Part shown: piece by piece, positions 13,456 to 27,099 of the stretch
Position numbering within the stretch: position 1 is the stretch's first letter
Layout: each line of letters starts with the position of its first letter
Assembly (NCBI GenBank): GCA_964016885.1
Contig: OZ024754.1
Span: 22,072,001 to 22,136,000, forward strand
Source of the DNA: Eledone cirrhosa
Taxonomy: Eukaryota
Direction: 5' to 3'
DNA length: 64,000 nucleotides
The notes under the pieces: model-generated
Told to the model about the DNA's origin: nothing
Seen by the model: only the letters and a program-made list of their open reading frames with translations
The model's database searches: none
Position numbers and translations under genes: made by a program

Positions 13456-14169
13456 ATGTTCCAAATGGCCAAATATTCTCATAAGAATTACTTAAATATT
13501 TTTCTTTTAATTGTGGCATCGTTTTTGTTTATCTTACCACTATCAATTTCTGGTGAAGAGGTCTCAATGACAATTGAGTTAGTGGACAATTCCCGTTGGT
13601 GCTTTATGCATGAATTTGAAAAATCTGGACCCTATGTGTTCCGTTATAAAGTAATCAGAGGTGGGAACAAGGACATTGATGTTTCATTAATCACACCAAA
13701 TGGTCGAATCATCTACAAAGAAATGCGTCAACAGGAAGATAATGTGAAACTCGACCCTTCCCATGGGATATACGAGTTGTGTTTCAGCAACGAATTTTCC
13801 AGCTTAACGCATAAAATTGTTTTCTTTAGTATTCGAGCTGAAGAAATTGATAACTTAGCTGTTGAAATGGGCCAGAAGAAACCTTCAGTGCCAACATCTG
13901 GTGAATTTTCTTGCGATGTTGTTCATGAAAGCATGACTGAAGTAGTCGAACATCAAAAAAATTACAGATTACGAGAAGCAGTCGGGCGTCACACGGCCGA
14001 AATCTTGAACAGTCATGTTCTCTGGTGGTCACTTGGTCTTACAGCTGTTATATGTATAGCTAGCATTGGTCAAGTTTTAATTTTGAGAACATTCTTTACT
14101 GAAACTTTAACTTCAACAAAACCAGGAGAAAATCCTCAACTTGGTTTTCCTAGACATCGATTGCCTTAA
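13456..14169 (+). CDS. Transmembrane emp24/p24 (GOLD) cargo receptor, gamma (TMED3/TMED7)-like, intronless
   Basis: Signal peptide; TIELVDNSRWCF; YKVIRGGNKDID; YELCFSNEFSSLTHKIVFF; YRLREAVGR; TM WWSLGLTAVICIASIGQVLIL; cytosolic FF; intact 237 codons. Confidence 0.92.
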   Translation: MFQMAKYSHKNYLNIFLLIVASFLFILPLSISGEEVSMTIELVDNSRWCFMHEFEKSGPYVFRYKVIRGGNKDIDVSLITPNGRIIYKEMRQQEDNVKLDPSHGIYELCFSNEFSSLTHKIVFFSIRAEEIDNLAVEMGQKKPSVPTSGEFSCDVVHESMTEVVEHQKNYRLREAVGRHTAEILNSHVLWWSLGLTAVICIASIGQVLILRTFFTETLTSTKPGENPQLGFPRHRLP

Positions 14170-14555
14170 CTTTCTTCTTTATTCTTTCCTCTTTTCTCTC
14201 TTATTGTCTTTCTTTCCAACAATTTTAATATTCTGATCAAAGTGGAAATAATGTAAAGCCTTAGTAAAAAAAAATCCCTGGTACATTTAGTCAACTGATA
14301 AAATACTAACATGAAATATATTTATAATACACAAACTGTAAGTTCATGCTCAGTTTTTCAAGTAATGTTTTTAATTTTTGGGGAATCCTAATTCAGCATA
14401 ATTGAGAAGTTATCTTAATGGAGTATTATTCTAGACATGGAAAAGGATGAGTTGTGAAATTCCGTTCAGCTTTTAATTATTACAGAAAGAAACAACTCAA
14501 GGAATATCTACTGGATTCTTTCTATTTAGTTGGCATCATTTATGGTGAATGCTAA

Positions 14556-16207
14556 TCTAAATATTATATCTTAAGCTGGTCTAATTATTAATTCTTCAGC
14601 TAGTCTAAATATTATATCTTCAGCTAATCTAAATATTATATCTTTAGCTAGTCTAAATATTATATCTTAAGCTGGTCTTAATATTATGGTGAATGCTAAT
14701 CTAAATGCTAATCTAAATCTTCAGTCATTCTAAATATTATATCTTCAGTTAGTCTAAATATTATATCTTCAGTTATTCTAAATATTATATCTTCAGTTAG
14801 TCTAAATATTATATCTTCAGTTAGTCTAAATATTATATCTTCAGTTATTCTAAATATTATATCTTCAGTCATTCTAAATATTATATCTTCAGTTAGTCTA
14901 AATATTATATCTTCAGTTAGTCTAAATATTATATCTTCACATAGTCTAAATATTATATCTTCAGTTAGTCTAAATATTATATCTTCAGTCATTCTAAATA
15001 TTATATCTTCAGTTAGTCTAAATATTATATCTTCAGTTAGTCTAAATATTATATCTCCAGTTAGTCTAAATATTATATCTTCAGTTATTCTAAATATTAT
15101 ATCTTCAGTTGGTCTAAATATTATATCTTCAGTTATTCTAAATATTATATCTTCAGTTAGTCTAAATATTATATCTTCAGTTATTCTAAATATTATATCT
15201 CCAGTTAGTCTAAATATTATATCTTCAGTTATTCTAAATATTATATCTTCAGTTGGTCTAAATATTATATCTTCAGTTATTCTAAATATTATATCTTCAG
15301 TTAGTCTAAATATTATATCTTCAGTTATTCTAAATATTATATCTCCAGTTAGTCTAAATATTATATCTTCAGTTAGTCTAAATATTATATCTTCAGTTAT
15401 TCTAAATATTATATCTTCAGTTATTCTAAATATTATATCTCCAGTTAGTCTAAATATTATATCTTCAGTTATTCTAAATATTATATCTTCAGTTATTCTA
15501 AATATTATATCTTCAGTTAGTCTAAATATTATATCTTCAGTTATTCTAAATATTATATCTTCAGTCATTCTAAATATTATATCTTCAGTTAGTCTAAATA
15601 TTATATCTCCAGTTAGTCTAAATATTATATCTTCAGTTATTCTAAATATTATATCTTCAGTTAGTCTAAATATTATATCTTCAGTCATTCTAAATATTAT
15701 ATCTTCAGTTAGTCTAAATATTATATCTTCAGTTATTCTAAATATTATATCTTCAGTTAGTCTAAATATTATATCTTCAGTTAGTCTAAATATTATATCT
15801 TCAGTTAGTCTAAATATTATATCTTCAGTTATTCTAAATATTATATCTTCAGTTAGTCTAAATATTATATCTTCAGTTATTCTAAATATTATATCTTCAG
15901 TTATTCTAAATATTATATTTTCAGTTATTCTAAATATTATATCTTCAGTTATTCTAAATATTATATCTTCAGTTATTCTAAATATTATATCTTCAGTTAT
16001 TCTAAATATTATATCTTCAGTTGGTCTAAATATTATATCTTCACATAGTCTAAATATTATATCTTCAGTTATTCTAAATATTATATCTTCAGTTATTCTA
16101 AATATTATATTTTCAGTCATTCTAAATATTATATCTTCAGTTAGTCTAAATATTATATCTTCAGTTATTCTAAATATTATATCTTCAGTTAGTCTAAATA
16201 TTATATC
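14556..16207. repeat. 24-bp minisatellite (~62 regular units plus degenerate left edge)
   Basis: tctaaatattatatcttcagtta(g/t); produces the spurious TEDIIFR(I/L) ORF. Confidence 0.98.
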
Positions 16208-16211
16208 TTAA

Positions 16212-16432
16212 CCCTTTATTATTTAAACTGGCCATGTCTGGCCAGAATTCTCTCACTTCTATTTGTTCAAACCAGCCATAACTGGCCACTCATACAGATG
16301 TTAAGTTATTGGTCTTAAAATAAATAATATCAAAATCTCATAGATTCAATATTATGTGAGATAATTATGTAAGGTAAAGCCTTTACCATGGAAATATAAT
16401 AGTAAATATAGAGTAATGTAAATGCTAAAGGG
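16212..16432. mobile_element. TTAA-flanked MITE (piggyBac-type ends)
   Basis: TTAA-CCCT...AGGG-TTAA; the minisatellite unit resumes afterwards; inverted copy at 18044-18281, partial copy at ~17410-17540. Confidence 0.8.
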
Positions 16433-17959
16433 TTAAGCCAGTCTAAATATTATGTTTTCTATTTCTAATTCCCACTGAAACACCAAAAGCCATGCAACAA
16501 AATTTTCAATGAAAAACAAACATTAAACAAAACAAAACCAGAATTTATCTTTTTTTATTTATTTTATAAATATATATAACAATAGAATTTATTGCCTATG
16601 TTTTTGTTTGTTTGTTTGTTTTTTTGCTATTTTGTTTTTCATTTGGTAGGTCAGGAGAAATGGGTAGTGCACATGGCCTTCACAGACCTTTCAAGACCAG
16701 AGAGACCAATGCCACTTTATGTTCTGCTTAAATTGTTGCAAGATTCTTCCTGGAAAAATATGAGTAGTAAGGGAGTTCCAGAGGAACAAAAGGACCCAGG
16801 CATAGTGGTTAATATAGGTGGAGGCCTCTGAGGTGGGACATTATATGAGTAACAAGTCAGGAGTGTCTAAGTAGAGATGGCATAAAACTAACAAGTTCCG
16901 GGGAACAGGGACCATAGTAAAAGTAGAAGAGGAACAGAGAGGAGACACCATGTCCATGTGTGAGAGGGTGACTTTATATCGATTAGCTGAGTGATGTTAC
17001 CTGATTTATGCAATAATGTCTGAGGTGGCAAGTATCACAAGGTCATGGCTTCTAACTCTACATTTGTTCCTGTAAATAGTTATTTCTCCAACATTACTCA
17101 TATTTAATTCTCTATGTCATACATGCTGAACATTTCTGTAATTATAGCCTAGAAATAAATTATCAAAATATAATTTTTACTTTTAATGACTTCCATGTGT
17201 CAGTAATCCACATATAGGGTTTCTTTTATGCAAATCATAAATTTATTAAAAATGCAGATACCTCCATTTGAATGTTCATATATTCAATAATTCATATATG
17301 GTATTCATCCTGGACACCCAAAATTAAACACATTCAACAGTATAGACATCAAAGTGTTATTAGCATATTAATAAATTGTCTGTGTTGAGCAGAAAAATAG
17401 TTTGCTGGTTAAAGCTTTAGCAGTTAAATTGGCCATAAACAGCCACTCATACTGTTGTTAAGGTATTGTTCTAAAAAAAAAATATCAAAAATCTTATAGA
17501 TTCCATATTATGCAAAAATACAATAGTAAATATAGAGTAATGTAAATGTTAAAGGGTTAAACCATTTGATACCAAACCAGCTGAAACTGGCCCTGGTTCT
17601 ATGATACAAAACTATCTATTTTAAAGTCTTTATATTCATCTAAAAACTGTCTGTTATAATTTTATGTAAGAACCTTTAGGTTATGTTATGTTTCAAACAT
17701 ACGTCTAATGAAATACACTGACAGCATGTGTTTCAATTAATTTTGAAAATAACCAAACATTTGGAAAAATTTAATTTAATATAACTAAGTTTTTCATTAG
17801 TAAACTGATGTTTGAGAGACATATTTGTTGGTAAGAGAAGGAGGTTGTTAATGAGGGTAGGATTAGCAGAAGTTTACGTCATCAGTTTATATATTGACAT
17901 CTGCTGCTTAATGATTGGATTAAATCAAATCTATCAATTGTAGCTATTAACAACTGTGA

Positions 17960-18500
17960 AGGTATTTGGCTTTGTGGATACGAAGCTCAATTCACAATTG
18001 TAAAGTCATGAGGTCAATTCCTGGTGACACATTGTAACCTTAACCCTTCAGCATTTACATTACTCTATATTTACTATTATATTTTTTACAGTAAAGGCTT
18101 TACCCCATATAAATATCTCACATAATATCAAAACTATGAGATTTTGATATTATTTATTTTGAGAATTTGATATTGATTTTGATATTATTTATTTTGAGTA
18201 TGAGCGGCTGGTTACAGCCAGTTTGAACAGAAAAAGGTGAGAGAATTCTGGCCAGATACAGCTGATTTAAATGCTAGAGGGTTAAGCAAGACACTTTATT
18301 TCCTGTTGTTCACACAGTTGGCAAAAATGAGTTGTACCAGTAATTCAGAGGACATTGATTGTGTAACACAGAATCTCCCTACAAACTATGGTAAAGGTGC
18401 ATGTGTCTGTGGAATGCTCAGCCACTTGCTCCAAATTTCATGAGCAGGCAGTTTTGTTCTTCTTAACAACTGGAACATTTGTTGACAGAACCGACAGAAG
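17960..18500 (+). mobile_element. SINE split by a MITE
   Basis: Flanks join to match the uninterrupted copy at 30060-30350 (gcaagacactttattt...tctgtggaatgctc). Confidence 0.7.
18044..18281. mobile_element. TTAA-flanked MITE
   Basis: TIRs cccttcagcattt / aaatgctagaggg with TTAA on both sides. Confidence 0.85.
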
Positions 18501-18781
18501 TCCAGCCAATAACAACTACATGGATTAGACAATTCAGAAATAAAATTATTTTCCATGGACACAACGTAAGATCAAGCAATGGTGAAACATAACTTGTTGA
18601 TTATTCACGTCATAGACTGGCACCCTCACTTCCCAGCCAGGTGCAACTTTCAACTTATTCAACAATCTAGATGTTCTTATTATTGACTTTAAGATCAATA
18701 GTTGCCAGAGAGAAAAAAAAAACCGATATTTGAAATGTCAAAAGGGCAAAAGTTTTGAAGTGGGTTAAACAAAGGAAAGTA

Positions 18782-18782
<1 letters not shown>

Positions 18783-18816
<34 letters not shown>

Positions 18817-18826
18817 GAGAGAGAGA

Positions 18827-18886
<60 letters not shown>
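18783..18886. repeat. (TTC)n + (GA)n microsatellite
   Basis: Direct observation. Confidence 0.98.
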
Positions 18887-18887
<1 letters not shown>

Positions 18888-19889
18888 CTGTGTGGGCAGA
18901 GTCCTCAATGAAGTAATTTAAAAAAAAAAAAATTCTGCTACATAAAAACTAGTTCATTTTTGTCAATTTGGTAAATAAAATATATGATTCTGTCCATTAG
19001 ATTTTAGCAAGCTACTGTATTCTACTTGCCTTAGTTTATCTAGCAGTTGGAAATATTTAACAAGGCCTTCATCCTTACAGCTGTGCTTATTGAATATCTG
19101 ATAAGTGTATAAAGTTCTAGACATTTTTTTTGTTTTGTTATTTTTTTTTGTTTTAATATTATTGATGTTTGAGTTAATGATACTGACAAAGAAATATATA
19201 TTTTCAACCTGAATATGTAATCAATGCCTGAAGATTACCTAAGACTGTTGACTGTTTTAATTAACAAATAGTCAGGACCACGATAGTACATGGCCTTGTC
19301 GTTAGAGTGTCGGGTTCACAATCATTTTCCGTAAGGTTTTGTAGAAGTAGGCAAAGTGTTAGAGTTGTTGTTGGTGGTGGTGATGGGGGTGGGGGTGGTA
19401 GTGGGTGGGGACATATAATAATAAATCAATGTTTTATTTACAATTCTTTACCTACTGGCGACCCAGTGATCAATACCAACTGCATTTACAGTGAGTACTG
19501 GGTACTTTTTATCGTGACGCCTACACCACCACTTTACAGTGTGGGCTGGGTGCTTATATATATATATATATGTAAATTGATCCCGAGTTGAGTGGGGGGG
19601 GGGGGTAACCACAGTAAATAAGGTACTCAATACACTGTAGAGTAACATTAGAGGTTTATATAGAAAAGGCTTCTACAGAACTAGAACTACTTCATTCGTA
19701 TGAAATCATCATGAATGAAACAGTTTGTAGTAAGCAATGGCACTACCTTATCACAGCGGAGTGATTGGGTTGTGGTCAGTCACCAGACCTTTAAGTTGGT
19801 GGTGTAAGAATACCAAGCAGTAATTTCCGCCCAGCAGGGGAATTCACCCCTAAATATCTATTCAGTTCAGTGAAAGAGAGACTTAATGG

Positions 19890-22800
19890 GAGAACTATAA
19901 ATATATATAGTGTGAGGGTAGAAAATCAAACTTTCCAGTTGTTCCAGTCTTCCTGTTTCTTCTACAACTACTACAACGGTACATGATGAGGCCCACCCAC
20001 AGCCCCGGCGAACAGAATGGAGAAGGTGTTTCCCCAGAGTACGGCAAGGGAGACGCGCTGGAAAAGCCATTCCAACTCGCAGGGCTCATACCTGTGGCTG
20101 ACCAGCTCAGCACCTATGGTGGTGAGTAAGGAGGTAGCCCTGGGGCCGAGGACACCAGAAGTCTACACTGCCAGGGGTACGACCGCAAACCTATCGGAGA
20201 GCGACCGGTATTTGAGGAGTTTGGCTCCCTCAGCCCGAGGTGCGGCAGAACCTGGGTCAGTCGCAGACTGCACCAGGTTGCGGCTGGAGAAAGTGTCGGT
20301 GCAAGTGGCATCCCAGACGAGGGGTTTGCCACCACGGAACGGGAAGATGGTCATACCATCTGGCCTTTTGCCGTCCCCTAGATCCAGCCCCACCGGCTCG
20401 AGCTGAAAAGGGAAGCCTGCAGAGTCCATGCCATGCTTAATGACTTCGTTGAGGGCAGCATGGCGTGGAATGCAGCCGGCACTGTGGCAATAGGCAAGCG
20501 GGTGGAGGCCGAAAGAGTCCACGGTGGAACCGCAGTGACATTGGTGTGGCTGGCAGATCCGGAGACCGAGCCTCAGGGAAACTGCGATGCGCAGACTATG
20601 GTTGTCAAGCTCGTGCCAGTGGAGAAGGAGGGCAAGGCATGGAGCCAGGCACCACTGTGGGGTTTAGAGGCCGCATGAAAACAAGCAAGGTGTTGCTGGT
20701 TGAGCTGGTGCGTGAGCCTGTCTGAGGCCAGGCTGCACTGGATGGCATCCCAAGTGCATTGGGGGGACTTGACGTCAACAGGGTCTACTGGGCTAAGTAC
20801 CAGCTAGTCCCACGTCTCACAGGTGGTCTCACGTTCTCTGAACACAGAGGGTGCTGTTGTGTTTTGAAGAACCCTGCTGACGAGCACGCGGCACGAGGTT
20901 ACCGACGAAAGATATGCCGGCAAAGCTAGTGAGATCGGGGTCTGGAGGCCAAAGCCGCCATACCTGACAGGTAAAGTGGCCTGTTGCCACTCTATGTCGT
21001 CAAACTTAACATTGCATATCTCGGCTGCTGCTCGGATACAAGTATCGAGGTCAGCGAGCAGAGATGTCTGGCTGTAGCACGGAGCACTGCGGAGTGTATA
21101 GAGGAGCTTCGGCATGGCGAAGCAGTTCCTCAGCAGAAAGAGAGCTGGGTGGCCGTCAATCAAGCCCAGTCAGCTCGTGAGAGTCTGGAGCTGTTGAAGC
21201 CTGGACCTGATGGTGGAGTGGATGGCCGGCGGGTGGATCGGTGACCCGAGGATGAGGACATCCTCTTTGGGGGTCACCTGAACCTGGCAGAGAATGGACT
21301 GCCCATCCAAGACGGAGGCTGCAAGGCTCTCAGCATCGAGGCTGACATTCACCACCTCTGACTTGGCCGAACTGACGTGGAGGCCAATTCCTGCCAGGGC
21401 AGGAACCACCGATTGAAGGTCATGGCAGACTGTCCGTACGGGCCTGCCCAACGTAGCATCATCCAGATACCAAACGTTGAGAGGGGCTGTGATGTGGTCA
21501 ATACCAAGGGCGAACAGAAGGGGTCCCAAAGGGTCGCTCTGTTGGACCCCAGTAGCCGAGGGTATGACAGTATCAGCAGCAAGGATCATGCTTGGGCCTC
21601 CATATGACAGGTAGGCCAGTGGGTAGGCAGAAGGGGCTCGGCTGAGGCAGACCTCAACAGATGATCCCGATGTAAAGAGTTGAAGGCATTCCTCATGTCA
21701 AGCTTGACAATGAGGTGCCTGGAGTCCCTGGATGCCGGTTCCGATGGGCAGCTGTTGAAGAACTGCCTGGTTGCATGAGCGGCCCCCTCACAGTCACTGG
21801 ACACGCCGACACCCAATTGCACTGGACTAAACTCCTCACCCAATTCGTGTGTTATGGACTTGCAGATCACCTTGGCAGCCAGCCTCCGGAAGACATTGCC
21901 CACAGCAATGGGGCGTATGCCACCCTCTTTCTTTCTGAGAGCGGTGAGGCTGGCCGAAAAAAAGAGGCCTCGAGCGTAAGGGTCCAGGGCACCATGGATG
22001 AGCCTATTGCTGAGTGCCACAATTGCACTCAGAAGGCGGCGCCCGGCCTCAGCAGAGAGGGGGATATCAACTCCTTGAGGTGGCCTGGTCGGAGACCATC
22101 AACACCTCCGCAGCTGCTAGCTGGGAAGGACCTGATGGCAGACATGATGTCTGCATCAGAAGCCATAAGGAGCAAGTGGGGGACGGGTGGGGGCATGGGT
22201 CTGAGATCAGTGGGTGGATCAAGGTGTTTGAGTCGCAGAGCAGCCAGGACCTCCTCGGTGGGTTGTAGGACAGAGTCCTCTGAGGCAACAACTCTGTCTG
22301 CAGCCGAGACATCACCCATGGTAAGCTTGGCGTTTACCTGGTCACACAAACACTTGGCGCTGGCCTCGTGGGTGGAGGATAGAGGGTACCTGAGGGTGGG
22401 GTGTGTGGCGTCCCTGGGCACGCTTGGAATGGGTGCTCACCAAAGGACTAGACATTGGCCTTGACGAAGGCTGCTGTTGACCGGCCGCCCCAGTCAGCGC
22501 CAGAGCTGGGGAGGCCGAGGGAAGCGAGGGCATCAGCTACCAGCACCCATGCCACTCTCAGGATCCTGAGTGGGGTCTTCCGGAGCCGCCTGAGCCGAGT
22601 GATGTTGACCAGCGAGGCTTGGGCACCAGGCAAGCTCGCTGTCCCAGCTGGTGGTGTGCCAGACGGCTGTGGCTGGGAAGACATGGGGAAGAGGCAGCTC
22701 CTGCACCTTCACGCTGCGAAGGCATTGGAAGCTCGACGAGTCAAGTCAATGCAGATGAGGTGGTGGAAGCAACTGCACTCCAAACAGTTCTGGCCCCTCT

Positions 22801-23150
22801 TCCGTTTGTTAGTGGTGCTGCAAGTGCTGCAGGTGTGGGCTTGGAGGGATGGGGGATGGCGCATGGGGCCAGGGACTGGGGTACCGAGCGGCATCAGGGG
22901 TGGGTGGCTGGCGTGTGTGGGTGGAAGGGAAAGTGCTGGTAAGAGGGCCTCATAGCTCACCTATATATATAGAGGTATCAGAAAACAGGAGAGAAAAGAA
23001 GGGGCTGCATGGAGGGGGACACACAGAAAGGTAGAATGTTAGTGAATGAATGAGTGAATGGATGAATGTACAAAAAACAGGTGGGGGGAGAAAACAGGGG
23101 GTTGTTCCCAGTGGAAAGACCCAGAATTCAGCACGCACACATGCGAGCAA
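19890..23150 (-). mobile_element. Frameshifted CRE-clade non-LTR retrotransposon (PHD finger, RT, restriction-like endonuclease)
   Basis: KKEGGIRPIAVG, QLGVG, KLDMRNAFNS, GVQQSDPLGPLLF, WYLDD; RHAALN...KRPDG...WDATC endonuclease; N-terminal CSTC...CLEC...H..C...CRSC. Confidence 0.88.
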
Positions 23151-23749
23151 CTTAGCAGTTTGTCATAGGACCTTGTGGCTGGAGGTGAGTCACTGATGCT
23201 GGAGTTGGCTTCCTCTTGTTAATGGTGAAGATTGCTGGTGAGATGTTGATGTATACACATGTGTGTTGTTGATGTTAATGTCACAGTTGTTGTCGTTGCC
23301 TTCCTCTTGTTAATGGTGGTGGAGATGAAACTGCTACCAGGTCGGGCTGCCAGCCAGTATGCTGAGGCTCAAGTGCCTTCTTTTACTGAAGATGCAGGGT
23401 CGAAGTTATTATCCTGTTGCGTGTTCTAGGTTTTGTCCTGAGACTACTGAATTTTATGCAGCCTACTTCACGGTGAAACTATGTGTTAATTTGTTTTAAA
23501 GAGAATAAATCATTATTACAAGTTTAAATATGCTTTTGGATTCTTTCATCAACTATGGAACTTATTACTAAACGTAAACATGCAGCCTACCAATTTATAT
23601 CATACTTAAGGATATCCTCTCTGCCATCAATAGAGAATGCAGCAGCACCACGGACAATACCAGTATACCACTAAATATCTTCTTTTCGGATCCTTTATGC
23701 CACCAACATTAAATACAGTAAACACTCAAATGTTTAATAGCTAAAGTCG

Positions 23750-24033
23750 TTGTGGAGGTGTCACGACAAAATACAGCCAGTCCACACTGGAAATTGGTCG
23801 TGTAGGTGCCACAGCAAAAAAGCACCCAGCACTCACTGTAAATGAGGTTGGTGTTAGGAAGGGCAGCCAGCTGTAGAAATCAAGCCAAAATCAGTTTCCG
23901 TATGAGCAAGACAAGGTCAGCCAACAGGACACTGGTCACTCGACCTGGCATTGTCCATAACAGGACAACCCGTCTAAACCATGCTAGCATGGAAGAATGG
24001 ACATAATACGGTGATGATGATGATGATGATGAT
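23750..24033 (+). mobile_element. SINE-like element with RTE-type 3' end and (GAT)n tail
   Basis: acccgtctaaaccatgctagcatggaag...gatgatgat resembles the 3' end of the 2324-3800 LINE; related pieces at 10405-10730, 19440-19550, 33340-33410. Confidence 0.6.
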
Positions 24034-25132
24034 CTTGATATGTATGTATTTATGTATATATGTATATATAAACACATGGGAAATTAAGTGCTAATCTTAG
24101 TGAGCTGAATTTATAAATGAAAACCTCCAAAGTGTGATGATGTTTATGTGTCAAGTTAATTACCTTGTAGAGTTCTCCAGAATGTTCTATTAAGTTACAC
24201 TGAAACTGGGTTGAAGAAATTAATAACTTGTTTCATTCTTGTGCTCTGTTTAGTGTTTTGGATGTTCTGCTTACAACTTAAATGTTGAATCTCATGATAA
24301 AGAGGACAGGGAAATTACATCTGTGTGAGTAGTAGACAATGGCTAATACATTTTCCTCAGTAAATCAAAACCAGTTTGAAGTAATTTCAGCCAGAGTTTT
24401 CATGAATTATTAGCTTTTAATATCCTGTAATGATTCAGTAGAAAATATATAAAAATTTGTTTGTTAATTCAAATGTTACTAGTGTTGTTACTAGTGGAAA
24501 TTATGCAATGAAAATTTGCAGTAAACTAATGTAAAGACTTTAATTTTTAATGTGATGCAGTCATAGTGTAGCAGCAATTTGATACTCTCCTATATAGAGT
24601 TTCTTTCACATTACCAAGTGGCAACCTTTATGGTCTCATAGATAAGTTTCCATTGCAAATCAGCTTTCGAGTCACCAATGTAGCTGAGATTTTGACAAAA
24701 TGAAGGAATACTGATAAATAGCCTGCCCCAGTCAATCCAAGCAGTTGCAGAGTTCATACCGACTAGCCAAGATGTAGTGGTCAACTGTCTCACGCACCAA
24801 CCCCTTTGGGTCTCTCTCTCAGCTAGGCCAACGGAATTTATCCCATTAACAAAAGTTTGGGTGCCCATTTACTCACTATAGATGGGGAGAGCAGGAGAGA
24901 CGGAGGCAGTGACAGTGGTTGTTTTGTATTTGGAAGAATGTCTAACTAATGTGGTTTAATGTGGTACAGGAAGTTAAGGGATAATCCACCTTCACTGCTA
25001 TCTTCTCAGCATGTCATTTATCTACACTCTCTGGCACAAAATTAATTACTAACAGACTAAATAGATATAAACCAAAGACTGGATTATTAGTTGATAACCT
25101 GATGAAACAACAACACTGCCTTATACATATAT

Positions 25133-25165
<33 letters not shown>

Positions 25166-25267
25166 TATACATACATGCATATATACATACGCATGTATAT
25201 ATACACACATACAGGCATACATATATACATATGTACGTACATAATTCATAAATACATACACACTTAC

Positions 25268-25832
25268 ATCGAAGATGTCATCCATGTCATAAGTGGCTGT
25301 TCAAAGATGTCATCGCGGTACTATCTACCTATGAGGAATGATGTAGTGGCCAAAACACTGTACAATGCAATCCGTAGAAAAGATAGCTTCGATAATAAAC
25401 ACATTAAAAGCTACAGCAATGTGGAAGACATACATATACATAATATGAAAGAGTACTGGTGGAATGTTCCAGTAAAAACCCCAATAAAATGCAGGCATAA
25501 CAGACCAGATATTATGATATGGGACAGGGAGAAGAAAACATGCACAGTAGTGGAAATTAGCTGCCCAGCAGATGCCAATATAATATTAAAGATTAGCGAA
25601 AAGGAGAATATTTATGCAGAACTGATGAGAAATCTGCAGATACTCCACCCTGATTACACCTTCAGATTTATGCCTGTGATTATTGGGGCACTGGGGTATT
25701 TTAGTAACTGCCTCAATACAAATCTTGAGAAGCTAGGCTTCACAGGAACAGAAAGAACACAACTAGTTAGGAAACTACAAGTACAATCCATTAATGGAAC
25801 AGTAAAAATATGTAAAACATTCCCAAAATGTG
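25268..25832 (+). mobile_element. 3' fragment of R4/Dong-like non-LTR element (restriction-like endonuclease)
   Basis: HVISGC...RNDVVAK...NRPDIMIWD...VEISCP, embedded in (CATA)n. Confidence 0.8.
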
Positions 25833-26204
25833 CATCTATTAACTGCATATACACATGTACAGATACAAAGCATATATACATGTACACATACAACTCAAAA
25901 CATCCACATCCACACATGCAATAACATCCATATCTACACATGCATGTAGACATACATACATATCTACCTAGTTGATGTTGTGTAAATTCCAATGAGAGAG
26001 TCTTGTGTCTATGTTAGAGACCGACTCTCTCTCTATTGGTAAAACTTTGTGAAATTATAAAACCAGAAGAACATACATACATACATACATATATACATCC
26101 ATACATACATACATACATATATGATGGCTGCCACCTCGTTATCGAGTATGGCCATTGCACAAGAAAAAAAAAATATATATATATATCATCACCATCATCA
26201 TCAT

Positions 26205-26293
<89 letters not shown>

Positions 26294-26467
26294 CATACAT
26301 ATATATATACATACACATATATTAATAACAATAATAATAATAATAATAATAACAACAATAATAATAATGACAACAACAACAATAATAATATACATATACA
26401 TATATATATACACACACACGCACACACACATAAGCATATCTATACACACACACACACACGATAGCAA

Positions 26468-26970
26468 CTAACAGCGCTGCGATCGAATGTGGCTTTTTAG
26501 CCCAGCCAATGATCTAAAATGTCTTGCACAGAGTTGGCAACCAAAACATTCACTGGGAATAGCCGGCTGTGGTTGGAGTTCATGTACTTTTGCATGTCGC
26601 TTGAGCCCTCCTGCTGATTTACATTCTCTACCACATGTTTGGCAAGCATGATGAGTAGCATCTCCAACAGCAGCCTGGTAGTCAACCACTGGTCTTACTT
26701 TACGACTGCGAAGATGACTTTCGAGTCCAGCTTTGCTTAGGCAGAGTCTCGCACAAACGCTACATGTCAGCACGATAGGAGGACCTTCGCCGTCTGGAAG
26801 TGCAACAGCAATGCCCTTCCTCACATCCTGCTTTACTTTCTCGCATGCGATTCGAGATGCCTCAAAGGCAACTTTTCCCTCATATACAGTCTTTCTCCAT
26901 TTATTACGATCAGCAGCAACATTTTCCCATGTATCAGCAGAGATGTTAGCGTCTTTCAGAGAGGCATCCT
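26468..26970 (-). mobile_element. RTE LINE C-terminus with three C2H2 zinc fingers
   Basis: WENVAADRNKWR followed by CSVC..LESH, CQTC..LKRH, CQLC..LKSH; tail-like piece at 26121-26160. Confidence 0.8.
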
Positions 26971-27099
26971 TATAAGGAATCCTTATACCTCTTTTTTGGT
27001 TTATGTGGCGGTCGTTTTATATATACATATATACATATATACATACATACATATATGCATACATATATACAAGCATACATATATACATACGTATGTACA

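Noticed and set aside
14708-16120. 470-aa TEDIIFR repeat protein
   Set aside because: Translation of a 24-bp minisatellite with one stop-free frame; no unique coding flanks
23161-23520. Possible solo LTR (TGTCA...TTACA, AATAAA)
   Set aside because: No second copy, TSD, PBS or PPT visible
26468-26824. Host C2H2 zinc-finger gene
   Set aside because: Continuous with RTE C-terminal sequence, so it is the LINE terminus
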